64,000 bases of DNA from Octopus vulgaris (taxonomy: Eukaryota). Below, one piece after another: positions 36,243-49,799 of the stretch; within the stretch, counting starts at the first letter, position 1, and the number at the start of each line of letters is the position of its first letter. The notes under the pieces are model-generated. The model did no database searches. It had not been told where the DNA came from and was given only the letters and a program-made list of their open reading frames with translations. Both the position numbers and the translations under genes were made by a program. The DNA is taken from positions 13,454,001-13,518,000 of the forward strand of contig OX597838.1 in NCBI GenBank assembly GCA_951406725.2, written 5' to 3'.

Positions 36243-38999
36243 TCTATATATATAATCCAAGTAGACTCCAACGTTTCTGGAATTTCATAATTTAATTTTC
36301 AGTTTGTATTTACATAATTGTACTTACATAATTATTTTATAGCGATCATCATGGTCATATCATTCTAAGTATTCGACTTGGCCTTTCATCCTTTCGGGGT
36401 CGATAAATAAGGTACCAGTTTCTAACTGGGGTCGATGTAATCGACTTAATCCCTTTGTTTGTCCCCTCTATGTTTAACCTTGTAACAATAGCGACGTTGC
36501 TTATGTAAGGGAAATAACTCTGATACGACTTAATAACTGATATCTTGGCGAATGAGGACTGCGTTGTGTTCGAGTGTCTACTTTGGCATGCTACAGCCGG
36601 ACGTTCGTACTAGCACCAACCACTTTACAGTGTCTACCGGGTACTTTTTTTTTTAGTAAACCAGTGTTATTCATTGTATGCTAAAATGTCTGCATTCTGT
36701 TTCAAAACAACAAGCCTTAGAATGGCAACCTTATGCTAAAAAATTATGAGAGGAGGAGGCCACAGCAAAACGGGTTCCTTTCTTGTCGAGTAGCTACAGA
36801 CTTACATTTTAGAAAAGGTGGGAGTGATCGAGTGAGAGTAGAGAGTGATAAAAAAAATGAATGGGGATGAGATGTCATCAAACTAAATCTAAACTGAAAC
36901 TCTATACTCTTTTACTTGGTTCAGTCATTTGACTGTGGCCAAGCTAGAGCACCGCCTTTAGTCGAGCAAATCGACCCCAGGACTTATTCTTTGTAAGCCC
37001 AGTACTTATTCTATCGGTCTCTTTTGCCGAACCGCTGCGTGATGGGGACGTAAACACACCAGGCTTTGGTCGGCCCGAGCCTATAGCAGAAGACATTTGC
37101 CCAAGATGCCACGCAGTGGGACTGAACCCGGAACTATATGGTTGGTAAGCAAGCTACTTACCACACAGCCACTCCTGCGAAAACTCCTTTCTTTTGTACT
37201 TATTAAATTTCATTTGAGCCAAAGTTTATAAAATAGAAGTATTAAGAAAGTTTATTACTGCATGTATGTATGTATGTGTGTGTGTGTTTGTTCATGTGTT
37301 ACATACATACATATGTTGTGATGTTGTCTATATGTTCTGAAAATCCCTTGTCATTCATGTTAAGGAAGTCTGAAGGGTGTCTCACTGGTATTCACAAGGA
37401 AACAGAAATACCAAGATTACACACTGTTTCTTTGTGGATAGTTTAAAACTTTAGGCAAAGAATATACATGAGACGAAAAAGAGCCTTCGTGTGTGAAGGA
37501 ACGGGGGAAAATGTTGCTTAACAATAGGAATTGAGTATGGTTGGTGGGTAAGGTATTTTAAGAACGTTTTTGATTAGAGAAGGCAGTAGTAAGCTGTCAT
37601 GTGTGATAGAATATGTTACGGTGATACAATGAATGTATGTGAGAAAAAAGTTATATGGTAAGAAAAAGTGAGTAGGAATGATTTCTGCCTTTTGTTGTCT
37701 AATGAGAATGCCACCTTTATTGTCAGGTTACTAATAAGTTGCTAAACTGGATATTCCTACATCACTTTGTCAAAATATTTCTCAACATAGAAGGTGTGTA
37801 TGTGTGTGGGTGTTCCTTAATCTGGTTATGAAGTTTCCAGATTATGCTGCCAATCTGACGATCTTTTACAATGTGCCATTTGAGCATGGAGACATGTTTG
37901 TGTCATAGATATGGAAGTTTATTAGCATACACATATTATTGGTTTCATGTAGTTTTTTTTTTGTTTTGGGCAGAGAGTTGATATAAAAAGGATCCAGAAT
38001 GTGCCAGATGTATGTTTAAACCTTCTCAGCAAATGGCTTTTCTTTTAATGACAGTGGTGGTAGTAGTAGACTAATATTTGGTAGTCTAAGAAAGCATGTC
38101 TCCTTGTGGTGTTGATCTAGTCGGTAATGAGTGAAAGGCAGCCAGCTGGCAGAAACGTTAGCATGCTTAAGTGATATTTTGTCTGCCGTTACATTCTGAG
38201 TTCAAATTCCGATGAGGTCGACTTCGCCTTTCATCCTTTCTGGGTTGACTAAATAAGTACCAGTTGTGCACTGGGGTTGATATCATCGACTTAATCCGTG
38301 TAGGTTGACTTTGCCTTTCATCCTTTCGGGGTAGATTAAATAAGTACCAGTTACGCACTGGGGTTGATATAATCGACTTAATCCGTGTGTCTGTCCTTGT
38401 TTGTCCCCTCTATGTTTAGCCTCTTGTGGGCAATAAAGAAATAGGTAATGAGTGAAAGATGTGGGGCACCCATTAGAATTGTTGGAAATATGCAATCTAA
38501 AAGGCTTAATCAGTCACTTTGCTACATCTGTTCTGCTTGGTGATATCACCTTCTTATGAGACGTAGTACAAAGTCAAACTGTGCAAGAGATCCTATTCCA
38601 TCAGGGTGTTCAGCAGTGGAATCAATATTTTTGAGTGTATGAAAGACAGAATTACCTTCAATGAGGGGAGGATGTGAGAATAAGTATGTAGTGATGCGAT
38701 CTTGGAAATCTTCAGCATGCACGAGCAGAGATGGAATCTTCTGGAAGGCCTGCTGAAAGTTCCCTCATGTGCATGCACAGAAAACTAGCAGCAGCAAAAT
38801 AATCTTGTATCTCTCTCTTTGACGCTGAATGATACAGATGTGTCTCCAGCAGCTCTCTCAAGGTGCTACCTCGTGGTGCATCTCCGCTATGCTTGAACAG
38901 GCAGGACTGACTCACTCCACTAGACTACTGCTGCTAAGCTCCCAGGCTGCTGATTCGCCCAGAGGAAGGAAATGTTTATATTGCGAATCAAAGAATAAA

Positions 39000-40000
39000 T
39001 ATTTATACTGTTGAAGTTAACGGAAAATCTTGACTCTTTCTTCAATTAATATTTAATGTAAAGGATGCGAGTCGCACCCATCCAGGTGCAGGAATCTCTC
39101 ATCCTGTTACACGTATGTCATCAACATAACTTTATATTGACTGCTCGACTCATAGATGCTTAGCTTGAAGTTTCACACATGAAAAAAGCCTGATCATTAG
39201 GTTGATTACTTCTAAATAAGTGTCTGAAAAAACAGATGTGTTTCTTGCATCTGTGAAACTTCAAGTAATGTGTCTCTGAGTCAAACTATTTATGCAAAGA
39301 TTCAAACTCCATGAAACGTTTTGAATGCTGTTTTCTCGAAAAGTACTGACGGAAACCTCTTCATTAAAGTGTCCAGTTTAAACAATCCTATGAGATTGCA
39401 GGCATCTGTGCTGTGGAAAGCTCCCATTGCCACTTTGAAGGGGCCAATCGATTCAGTCTGCTTGACCCAGCCTGAACCTTTATTGAATAGCAGCATTTTC
39501 CTAATGTGCATAATTATGTTTATGTCCTTATTGCTAATGTCATTAGAATTCCTGGCTAGTAACCTTTTCGATATAGACAGATAAAAAATTCACTCTATCA
39601 AAACTGGGTGAACATTACTCTGCTTCTACTCTGGTTGGCTTTAAATCATAAGATAACTTTATTGGTATTATGTTATGAGGAGAGATTGGATGCCTTCATT
39701 ATGTCCTTGTTCATGTTTCTTAGTATGCGGTTGTTCACCAGTCTGATTTCTGATTCAGCCTGGTTTATCAAGTGACATTTAGGGTTAGAGGCAAAGTTTG
39801 GATTCTGGTGTTTGATGGTGATAAAGGCATTTGTCATAGCTAACACATCCACCCTATTGGCTATACCAAGGTTGTTGGCTTCGTTGTTTATACTATTGTA
39901 CTTTTAACAACACATACTCTTGTATTTATGTGGGGAAGAACATCTATATTTCAATGTGATGCTATTGTTTAAAAGCCTACCGTACGTGCATGTGTCTACC
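39000..40000 (-). mobile_element. Degenerate Penelope-like reverse transcriptase remnant
   Basis: minus-strand fragments TIKHQNPNFASNPKCHLINQAESEI and HIRKMLLFNKGSGWVK...FKVAMGAFHSTDACNLIGLF resemble PLE RT motifs (TLKDHK..NP.CRLINP.KSE; FDVTMGS.DGAE.CELVGL). Boundaries approximate. Confidence 0.75.
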
Positions 40001-41534
40001 CTATATAGTATTTTTTTGGTTGTGTGAGAGAAGAGTAGAGCCCAATTCAAATTTTTCAGGAGATGTCAATCAGAAGAGATCTTGCTCTGAAAGGAGCTAG
40101 AAGACTTACAGAATTTCAGTTTGGGGATGATGCTCAGCAGGTCTACTTTGAAGGCTTTAAGGTCTTTGATCTTGGGTGAGAATCTCCTAGATTTGCTGTC
40201 CCCTGACAATCAATCCTGGCTCCTTCACGAAATCAACAGGAGAAGTGTGGGTAAAGGAGGTGGAAACTCCAAAGATTAAACCAGGATTACAGGAATCCTG
40301 TATCCTAGGGTGGAGATCCTGTCAGTGATGGTGTCACGGGGGGAAAAAAAGTACTGGTGGTTGTGCAACCTAAAATTTACTAACCCTCATCATCAGTGCT
40401 GAAATGTCAAATAAAAATAGAAATGAGAATGGCATGAATGAGGCTGGTAAAAGAGGGGTGTCAGAAACATCTAGATAAGATCCCAGGAGAACCATATCTC
40501 AGAGAAATGCAAAAGAACGTGCTGACAAGTACTGCCCACATCTTTACCTTTTACCTTTTAGTAATCAAAGGGGTCCATAGGTAAAAAATGGTTGAGAACC
40601 TCTGGTCTAAACAAACAGGTAGAAATGGCACCCTACACATACTTTCTCCCCCATCCCCAATCTCTTCAAATTCCTATGTTTTCAACAATGAAGATTACGA
40701 TTTGATTTTGCATGCCAACTGCTTATGGTAATTTTCACTTTGTGATCATAAACCGGAAAAAACCAAATTGATTAAACAGATTTTCTTTCAATTCCGGTAA
40801 GACATGACTTGTACGCAATTTGACAAAACAAACGTGAGAAAAAAATTCATATGTTTTATTCAATAGCTTGAATAAAGCAATGGAACAAACAAAAAAATAT
40901 ATAGGCGCAGGAGTGGCTGTGTGGTAAGTAGCTTACTTACCAACCACATGGTTCCGGGTTCATTCCCACTGCGTGGCACCTTGGGCAAGTGTCTTCTACT
41001 CGACCAAAGCCTTGTGAGTGGATTTGGTAGATGGAAACTGAAAGAAGCCCGTCGTGTATATGTATATATATATATGTATATGTATATATATGTGTGTGTG
41101 TCTGTGTTTGTCCCCCCAACATCGCTTGACAACCAATGGTGGTGTGTTTATGTCCCTGTAACTTAGCGGTTCAGCTAAAGAGACTGATAGAATAAGTACT
41201 AGGCTTGCTTACAAAGAATAAGTCCTGGGGTCGATTTGCTCGACTAAAGGCGGTGCTCCAGCATGGCCACAGTCAAATGACTGAAATAAGTAAAAGAGCA
41301 AAAGAGTAAAAAAAAAAGAGTATATCAAACCAGTCATTTATTTAGGTTTCCTGTTTAGCCCCTTTCTCCATTAGGTTCTGTTATTGCTTTGTTGTCGGTC
41401 AACGAAGGTCTCATAATGCTAAATTCTTCACTCTTTGTGATACCTGGCCATATCAAACTCATTTATAAGCTTTTCTATTTTACGAGGTTGGGCTGAATAG
41501 TTAATAGGCTGACTATGAAGGAGTCGTGCTGGAA

Positions 41535-41927
41535 TGAGAAGCACTCCGTCGGTTCCGACGACGAGGGTTCCAGTTGATCCGAATCAACGGAACAGCCTGC
41601 TCGTGAAATTAACGTGTAAGTGGCTGAGCACTCCACAGACACGTGTACCCTTAACGTAGTTCTCGGGGATATTCAGCGTGACACACAGAATGTGACAAGG
41701 CTGGCCCTTTGAAATACAGGTACAACAGAAACAGGAAGTAAGAGTGAGAGAGAGAAAGTTGTGGTGAAAGAGTACAGCAGGGATCACCACCATCCCCTGC
41801 CGGAGCCTCGTGGAGCTTTTAGGTGTTTTCACTGAATAAACACTCACAACGCCCGGTCTGGGAATCGAAACCGCGATCCTATGACCGCGAGTCTGCTGCC
41901 CTAACCACTGGGCCATTGCGCTTCCAC
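41535..41927 (-). mobile_element. tRNA-derived SINE (same family as 4730..5113)
   Basis: sequence near-identical to the 4730 copy. Confidence 0.85.
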
Positions 41928-42897
41928 GATGAAGGAGTGATACTAGTGATCCATTAGTTTCAATTCTAATTAATAACTGAATTGTTTCTTTCCTGGCAAA
42001 CTGACGACTGACTGTTCAAAGAAGACTTCAGAGGAAAGTAGTAGCGATGTCTTTTGAAAATGGACAAAATTTGGTATAAATAGATACACACAAACACATA
42101 TATACAAACAGATCTCATTCCACCTCCTTCAACACACATATATATATTTCTTTACTACCCACAAGGGGCTAAACACAGAGGGGACAAACAAGGACAGACG
42201 AAGGGATTAAGTCGATTACGTCGACCCCAGTGCGAAACTGGTACTTTATTTATCGACCCCGAAAGGATGAAAGGTAAAGTCAATCTCGGCGGCTACACAC
42301 AGAGGGGACAGACAAGGACAGACAAAGGGATTAAGTCGATTACGTCGACCCCAGTGTGAAACTGGTACTTAATTTATCGACCTCGAAAGGATGAAAGGCA
42401 AAGTTGACCTCGGCGGCTAAGCATAGAGGGGACAAACAAGGACAGACAAAGAGATTAAGTCGATTACGTCGACCCCAGTGCGTAACTGGTACTTTATTTA
42501 TCGACCCCGAAAGGATGAAAGGCAAAGTCGTCCTCGGCGGAATTTGAACTCAGAACGTAACAACAGACGAAATACCGCTAAACATTTCGCCCGGCGCGCT
42601 AACGTTTCTGCCAGCTCGCCGCGTTTCAACACACATATATACTTGAGCAAACCTAAAGTTGCAGTCGTTCCAGTCATGGCCATCCTGCTTTTTTTTTTTC
42701 TCTTCAGATGTAGTATATCTAGGATTAAATTATTTAATGACTTTCGTTGTAGGCTGAATGTAATTTGAGGAAAATTTGGCTGCTATTTCTAGCAAGTCAT
42801 GTGACCACAAAGAGGCAGTATCTGTTTATCATCAGAAGAGTTACATTAAATATTAAACAGAACCTGAAAGACTACTTTAAAAAACATGGAGAATTCT

Positions 42898-42899
42898 AA

Positions 42900-42976
<77 letters not shown>

Positions 42977-43026
42977 AAATAATAATAATAATAATAACAA
43001 CCATAATAATAAAAATAATAATAATG

Positions 43027-43061
<35 letters not shown>

Positions 43062-43089
43062 TAATAATAATAATAAAAAAAAATAATAA

Positions 43090-43131
<42 letters not shown>

Positions 43132-43214
43132 TAATAATAATAATAACAATGATAATGATAATAATAATAAAAATAATAATAATAATAATAACAACAACAA
43201 CAACAATAATAATG

Positions 43215-43254
<40 letters not shown>

Positions 43255-43323
43255 TAAAAAAATAATAATGATAATAATAATAATAATAATAAAATAATGA
43301 TAATAATAATAATAATAATAATA
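42898..43323. repeat. (AAT)n microsatellite, imperfect
   Basis: directly visible. Confidence 0.97.
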
Positions 43324-43565
43324 TGTGGAAATAGAAATAGAAATATGCCTGTTCCAAGTATCATAGTACTAATAGTAGCTCTTTTGGTTGTATATTTGAT
43401 ATATATCTTTAATCTTTAATCTTTCGTTTCAGTCATTAGACTTTGGCCATGCTGGGACACTATTCTTTTATTCTTTTACTTGTTTCAGTCATTTGACAGC
43501 AGCCATACTGGAGCACTGCCTTTAGTCGAACAAATCGACTCCAGGACTTAATCTTTGCAAGTAAC

Positions 43566-45651
43566 AAGTGTAATAGGTGTAAAAAAATGTGTAGTAAACT
43601 AATCAGAAAGCAAAAATTTACGCAAATGAACCAGGGGTAGGGAAGAGGATTTTCGAAAAATTCCCACGATCCGAATTTTTTCCTCATAATTTTTATAGGA
43701 AAATGGATATCTTTTACTGAAATTTTTATATAAATACCTTTCAAACAGCATAGATTACGATTATAAAGAAATTTGGGAGGAAATTTTTTCTGGCGGGGTG
43801 AGGAGAGGAGTTTCGAAAAAAACAGCGGTCTTCCACATAAGTTAATTTTTTTTTTTTTACTGTCCCCATTCCCGCTCCGAACCGATTTTGGCCAATTTTT
43901 GGCATTTAAAAACTTTGTGGGGAGCCTTTTTGGTAAAAAAAAAAAAAAAAAAGAAAAAGGAATTGTAGATATTTTCAGAGACAAGAGTGTGATTCAAGGG
44001 AGATTTGGCTGTCGTTTCTAGCACATCCCAAGACAACCTTCCTCGTTTCTTTCTCACTCCTAGCATATATTGATGTATTGATGTTTTTCAATATTTTTCT
44101 CCCCATTTATACTATAAAAAAAAAATTTGAAAATTTATGATTTTAAAAAAAAATCCCACTCCCCGCCTCTGATTGTTTCTGTTTATAATTTAAAATATTG
44201 AAGAGCCTGAGATCATTTCTGGCATTTCTCCACAGTGATTTTTAAAAAATAGGTATGTAAAAGATACCTTCGGTATAGGTACCGCAAGTGGCTTTGTTTA
44301 CATTTCTGAAGATAACAGAAACCCTTTTCTCCCACCCCTAACCCTAACACAAACCCTAACCCCCCCCCCATATATATATATGTTTCTTTATTACCCACAA
44401 GGGGCTAAACATAGAAGGGACAAACAAGGACAGACAAACGGATTAAGTCGAATACATCGACCCCAGTGTGTAACTGGTACTTAATTTATCGACCCCGAAA
44501 GGATGAAAGGCAAAGTCGACCTCGGCGGAATTTGAACTCAGAATGTAAAAAGAGACAAAATACCTATTTCTTTACTACCCACAAGGGGCTAAACACAGAG
44601 GGGACAAATAAGGACAGACAAAGGGATTAAATCGATTACATCGACCCCAGTGCGTAACTGGTACTTAATTTATCGACCTCGAAAGGATGAAAAGCAAAGT
44701 CGACCTCGACGGAATTTGAACTCAGAACGTCACGGCAGACGAAATACGGCTACGCGTTTCGCCTGGCGAGCTAACATTTCTGCCAGCTCACCGCCTTTAT
44801 ATATATATAAAATAAAAAGAAATCTTGAAATGTATCCGGTACTTCCGGTACCTATACCGAAGTTACGCCAGATAAATGGGCGCTATTTAAATACAGAGGT
44901 CCCGATGCATCTATGTAAGGATATGTTTTTACAGTGCATACTCGGTAGGGTTAGTTTTAGTTTTAGGGTTAGGGTTACGTAGATGCGTCAGGACCTCTGT
45001 ATTTAAGTAGCACCAGAAAATGGGGTTTTTTTTCTTACACACACACACGGCCTTGCTTAATTAAGATAGGAGTAAACATTTAAATTACCATTTTTTTTTC
45101 GTTGATGCTTATATCCCACCAATGGAGCACGCGTGTAGTCCATTGATATCATCATTAAGGTGGAGGGGAAGAAAAAAAAAATCATAAATTTTCCAAATCG
45201 TTTTTTTTTATTTTTTTAATAAAAAGATGCTCTCATCATTTCGAAAATTGTGGTGAAAAACAACTGGAAAAATCCCCCGTCAAAACGGAGAAATTCCAAC
45301 TTATGTGGTCTTCTTGATCCGAAACTCCTCTCCTCATCACTCCAGAAAAAAATTTCCCCCCACAAATTTCTTTATAATTGTAATCTATTCCGTTTGAAAA
45401 GTATTTGTATAAACTTTCATTAAAAGATACCCATTTTCCTGAAAGTTATGAGGGGAAGAAAGTGGATCGTGTGAATTTTCCCTAAATCCTCTCACCACAC
45501 GTTCAGGAAAAAAATTTTCCCCACAAATTTCTTTCTAATCGTAATCTATGAAAGGTATTTATATTAAATTTCATTAAAAGATATCCATTTTCCCGAAAGT
45601 TATGAGTAAAAAATCGGATCGTGTGAATTTTCCGAAAGCCCTATTACACTT
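43566..45651. mobile_element. Composite foldback element of about 2.1 kb with nested insertions
   Basis: termini aagtgtaatagg / cctattacactt; 43640..43843 is inverted relative to 45297..45640, where the subunit is duplicated. Confidence 0.6.
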
Positions 45652-46239
45652 TTTTTGTTTTGGTGGCCGGGTGTTAAACTGAATATTAACCAGGTGTGGT
45701 GGGTTAATATCCAGTTGACACACACACACAAATACACACACACATACATACACACGCGCGCGCACACAAACACACCCATACATATACGACAGGCTTCTTT
45801 CAGTTTCCGTCTATCAAATCCACTCACACACAAGGTTTTGGTTAGCCCGAGGCTGTAAAAGACATTTGCCCAAGGTGCCATGCAGTGGGACTGAACCCGG
45901 AACCATGTTATTGGGAAGCAAAAATTTAGCTGATATTTTTAGGGAGTCGAAAAACCGCGAAAGCGCAGGTTTTTTTCAGTTGAACGTTTACTATATGTTA
46001 TGTGTACTTTGTCCCCCATACACCTGGCACACATCTTTCGTCTTAGTTGTCACGAAGTTTTCCACATGACTGACTGCTTAACTGATATCAGAAACCCACC
46101 TATTGCTACATACATACATACATACGTACATACATACAGGTGTGTATGTGTGTGTGTGGGAGTGTAGGTACGTACACACACATACAAAACTTAAATAGAA
46201 GGCAACCTACATTTAAAAAAAACAGCAGTGGTGGTAGTA

Positions 46240-46555
46240 GTAGTAGTAGTAGTAGTGTGTATATGGGTGTGTGTGTGTGTATGTGAGTGTGTGTGTGTAT
46301 ATGGGTGTGTGAGTGTGTGTGTGTATATGGGTATGTGTGTGTGTGGGTGTGAGTGTGTATATGGGTATGTGTGTGTGTGTGTTAGTGTGTGTGTATATGG
46401 GGGGGGTGTATGTGAGTGTGTGTGTGTATATGGGTGTGTGTGTGTGTGAATGTGTGTATATGGGTGTGTGTGTGTATATATGGGTGTGTGTGAGTGTGTA
46501 TATGGGTATGTGTGTGTATGTGAGTGTGTGTATGTATATGGGTGTGTGTATGTGA

Positions 46556-46623
<68 letters not shown>

Positions 46624-46851
46624 ATGGGTGTGTGTGTGTATATGGGTGTGTGTGTATGTGAGTGTGTGTATGTATATGGGTGTGTGTGTGTATGTGAGTG
46701 TGTGTATGTATATGTGAGTGTGTGTATGTGAGTGTGTGTGTGTATATGGGTGTGTGTATGTGAATGTGTGTGTATATGGGTGTGTGTGTGTGTGTATATG
46801 GGTGTGAGTGTGTGTGTGTGTATATAGGTGTGGGTGTGGGTGTGTATGTGA

Positions 46852-46884
<33 letters not shown>

Positions 46885-46960
46885 AGTGTGTGTGTGTATA
46901 TGGGTGTGTGTGTGTATGGGAGTGTGTGTGTGTGTATATGGGTGGGTGTGTGCGTCTATC
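46240..46960. repeat. Complex (GT)n / GTGTATATGG low-complexity repeat
   Basis: directly visible. Confidence 0.95.
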
Positions 46961-47360
46961 TGTGAGTGAGAAACGAATGAAAAGCCAAGAACAAGTTTCT
47001 GTTGAGATAACATTAATTTCTTGACCAATGGTGCATCAAAATTACCATCACATGACAGGTAGATCGTTAATTCCATGGTAACCAGCGCACCTTAACCTAG
47101 TATATCAGGAGAAAAGAAAAAAGAAAAAAAAATCCCATTAAGCAAATGTTATTCAGCGACAGTTGATACCTGTTGACATAATATTTAGCCACGTACTTTG
47201 TGTGTGAGTTTTATATATACAATCTGCTGTCTGGGACACGGCTGTCACCATTGATATAATCATTACTGCTACAAATAATCCGCTCAGGAAACTCTATTAA
47301 AAACTTTTATTTTCTAAATTTTAAAGTATACCAAAAACAGTAAATATATTTTCAGTACAC

Positions 47361-48139
47361 ATGCAAATCTACTGGAATATCTTGGTCTTTTTTGCTACAA
47401 GCACTGTTTCCGTGCTTGGAGATATTAAGCAGGATGTGGTCTACGAGTTCAGTTCTCTCACCTTCGAATCGGTATCGGGAGTTCACAGTTCGTCAGAAAA
47501 TGTGGTTACGGGCATTCAAGTCTACAACGATACAGTCTACGTGAACATACCACGCCTCACTCCAAATGTTCCAGTAACGTTGGCGACTGTCGCGAAGAAA
47601 AACGGTAAAGTTGTGTTCAAGCCTTTCCCAACCTTGCAATATCAGGAATTAGGTAACTGCAATGCCTTGCAATCGGTCGGCGCAATACGCGTGGTTCGTA
47701 AAACGAACCTGCTCTACATAGCAGATAATAAGTACTTAGACTGTAATGCCAAATTAATTATTTTCGATTTAGTCAAACGAACGATAAAAAAGAAATATGA
47801 ATTTTCCAGTTCGGATATCGATGAAAAACTAAACTCCACACAATTTGAGGACATCGTCGTCGATGGTGCAGGAAATGCGTACATAGCAAATGCTGGAAAA
47901 CCCGGTTCAATCATAGTTTACAGGAATAAGATGTCGAAAAGCTTTGTTTTCCATGATCGAATGTTGGAGATCATCGATCCTGTCACTTTCAAATTTGGCA
48001 ACGATTCGTACAATGTGAATCAAAGTATAAGCGAAATGACACTTTCACCCGATGATGATTACTTATTCTTCGTTATTCATTATAAGAAGACTGTCCAAGT
48101 CCCGACAAAATCTTTTGAGGATATTGCAACCCGAACGCG
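47361..48139 (+). CDS. Yellow / major royal jelly protein (MRJP) family secreted beta-propeller protein, first large coding exon (partial gene)
   Basis: 260-aa ORF with signal peptide (MQIYWNILVFFATSTVSVLG) and yellow-family motifs: YVNIPR..NVPVTLATV, KPFP..QELGNCNALQSV, LLYIAD, AKLIIFDL, DIVVD..AYIAN, MTLSPD..YLFF. The apparent stop TAG lies inside a donor site (CG|gtaggt at 48140), so the CDS probably continues. Downstream exon not found in this window. Confidence 0.82.
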
Positions 48140-49736
48140 GTAGGTGGAATACATTCATTTGAAACTTTTATTGTTTTGTGGCGAGCTGGCAGAAACGTTA
48201 GCACGCCGGGCGAAATGCGTAGCCGTATTTCGTCTGCCGTTACGTTCTCAGTTCAAATTCCGCCGAGGTCGACTTTGCCTTTCATCCTTTCGGGGTCGAT
48301 AAAATAAGTACCAGTTACGCACTGGAGTCGATGTAATCGACTTAATCCGTCTGTCTGTCCTTGTTTGTCCTCTCTGTGTTTAGCCCCTTGTGGGTAGTAA
48401 AGAAATATATTGTTTGTGGTCGTGACGCCTGTTAAGGCTGCGATTCGGCAGTCGTTGGAGCAAAGGGGCGCATGCAGCCAGTCATAAAACCTCGTTGTTG
48501 TATAATCATCTCATTCATATTCGTTTTATGTATTGTCCCCTCTGTGGTGTCCTATCTGTCCTTGTTTGTCCCCCTCTATTTTGGGCCCTTGTGGCTAATA
48601 AAGAAACAGTCGTAGAGCAAAGGATTTTATCAAACACTCTTCCTCACAAATCAGCTGCCTTCTACTTCTGTTCCACGCGCGCTGTATTTCCCACCGCCCT
48701 TTCTCCCATTGTCCCTTCGCATCCTCGTGCACACTTCTGCACAAGATATTTTCCCTGTTAAGGTGGCGAGCTGGCAGAAACGGTAGCACACCGGGCGAAA
48801 TGCGTAGCCGTATTTCGTCTGCCGTTACGTTCTGAGTTCAAATTCCGCCGAGGTCGACTTTGCCTTTCATCCTTTCGGGGTCGATAAAATAAAGTACCAG
48901 TTACGCACTGGAGTCGATGTAATCGACTTAATCCGTTTGTCTGTCCTTGTTTGTCTCCTCCATGTTTAGCCCCTTGTGGGTAGTAAAGAAATATATATTT
49001 TCCCTGTTGAATTTCGTCCCTACAACATATCTTCTTAACACCCCTTCATCTCCCTGTATTTGTGTTCTCTCACTGCATTACCCTTCACTCCACTTCCATT
49101 CTCCTTTCGCAGTCTCGCGAACGTACCCAAACACTCATCATATTAAATCCCTGATTTCACTTCACTTAATACACTTCACTGTAACATGAGTGGAAGCTCC
49201 ATTACCTCTTCACCACCTCTCTCTTCTTTCTATCTTCCTCCTCACTCTCCCGTCTCCACTCTCTCTTTCTGTCTCCTTCTATATCCCCCATCTCTCCAAC
49301 TGAGGTAGCCATGTATCACCTCTACTCCTACACACTAATTTCTGTCCATCTAATCACACTCTTAACATCTCATCCTCTGACACAAAGTCATCTCCTTCAG
49401 TGAAGGATCTTGTCTTACAAATTACTTGGTGATCTCAATTCTGCTAGTGCCTCATGAAGGGCACCCAGTACCCTCTGTAAGTGGTTGGCATTAGGGAGAG
49501 CAGTCACAGAAAACATACCAAAGTAGACATTGAAGATTTGTGTAGTCTTCTGACTTGCCAGCTCAGGCCAAATTGTCCAAATCATGGCAGTTGTAGAAAT
49601 GAGTTGCGACATCACTGGTACCAAGCTGTATTGGACTTTGCCTTTCCCTTGGATAACATCAGTGGTGTGGAGAGGGGAAGCTGGTATGCATGGGCAACTG
49701 CTGGTCTTCCATTTTGAATGATGATGATGATGGTTT

Positions 49737-49799
<63 letters not shown>

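Noticed and set aside
40385-40400. Isolated CTGANGA matches (also near 28757, 42001, 44305, 63607)
   Set aside because: No downstream GAAA..TH with complementary stems, so not counted as hammerheads
42846-43364. Poly-I/Y/L ORFs
   Set aside because: (AAT)n microsatellite translations
46213-47076. 287-aa His/Thr-rich ORF and overlapping Cys/Val ORFs
   Set aside because: (GT)n-type repeat translations
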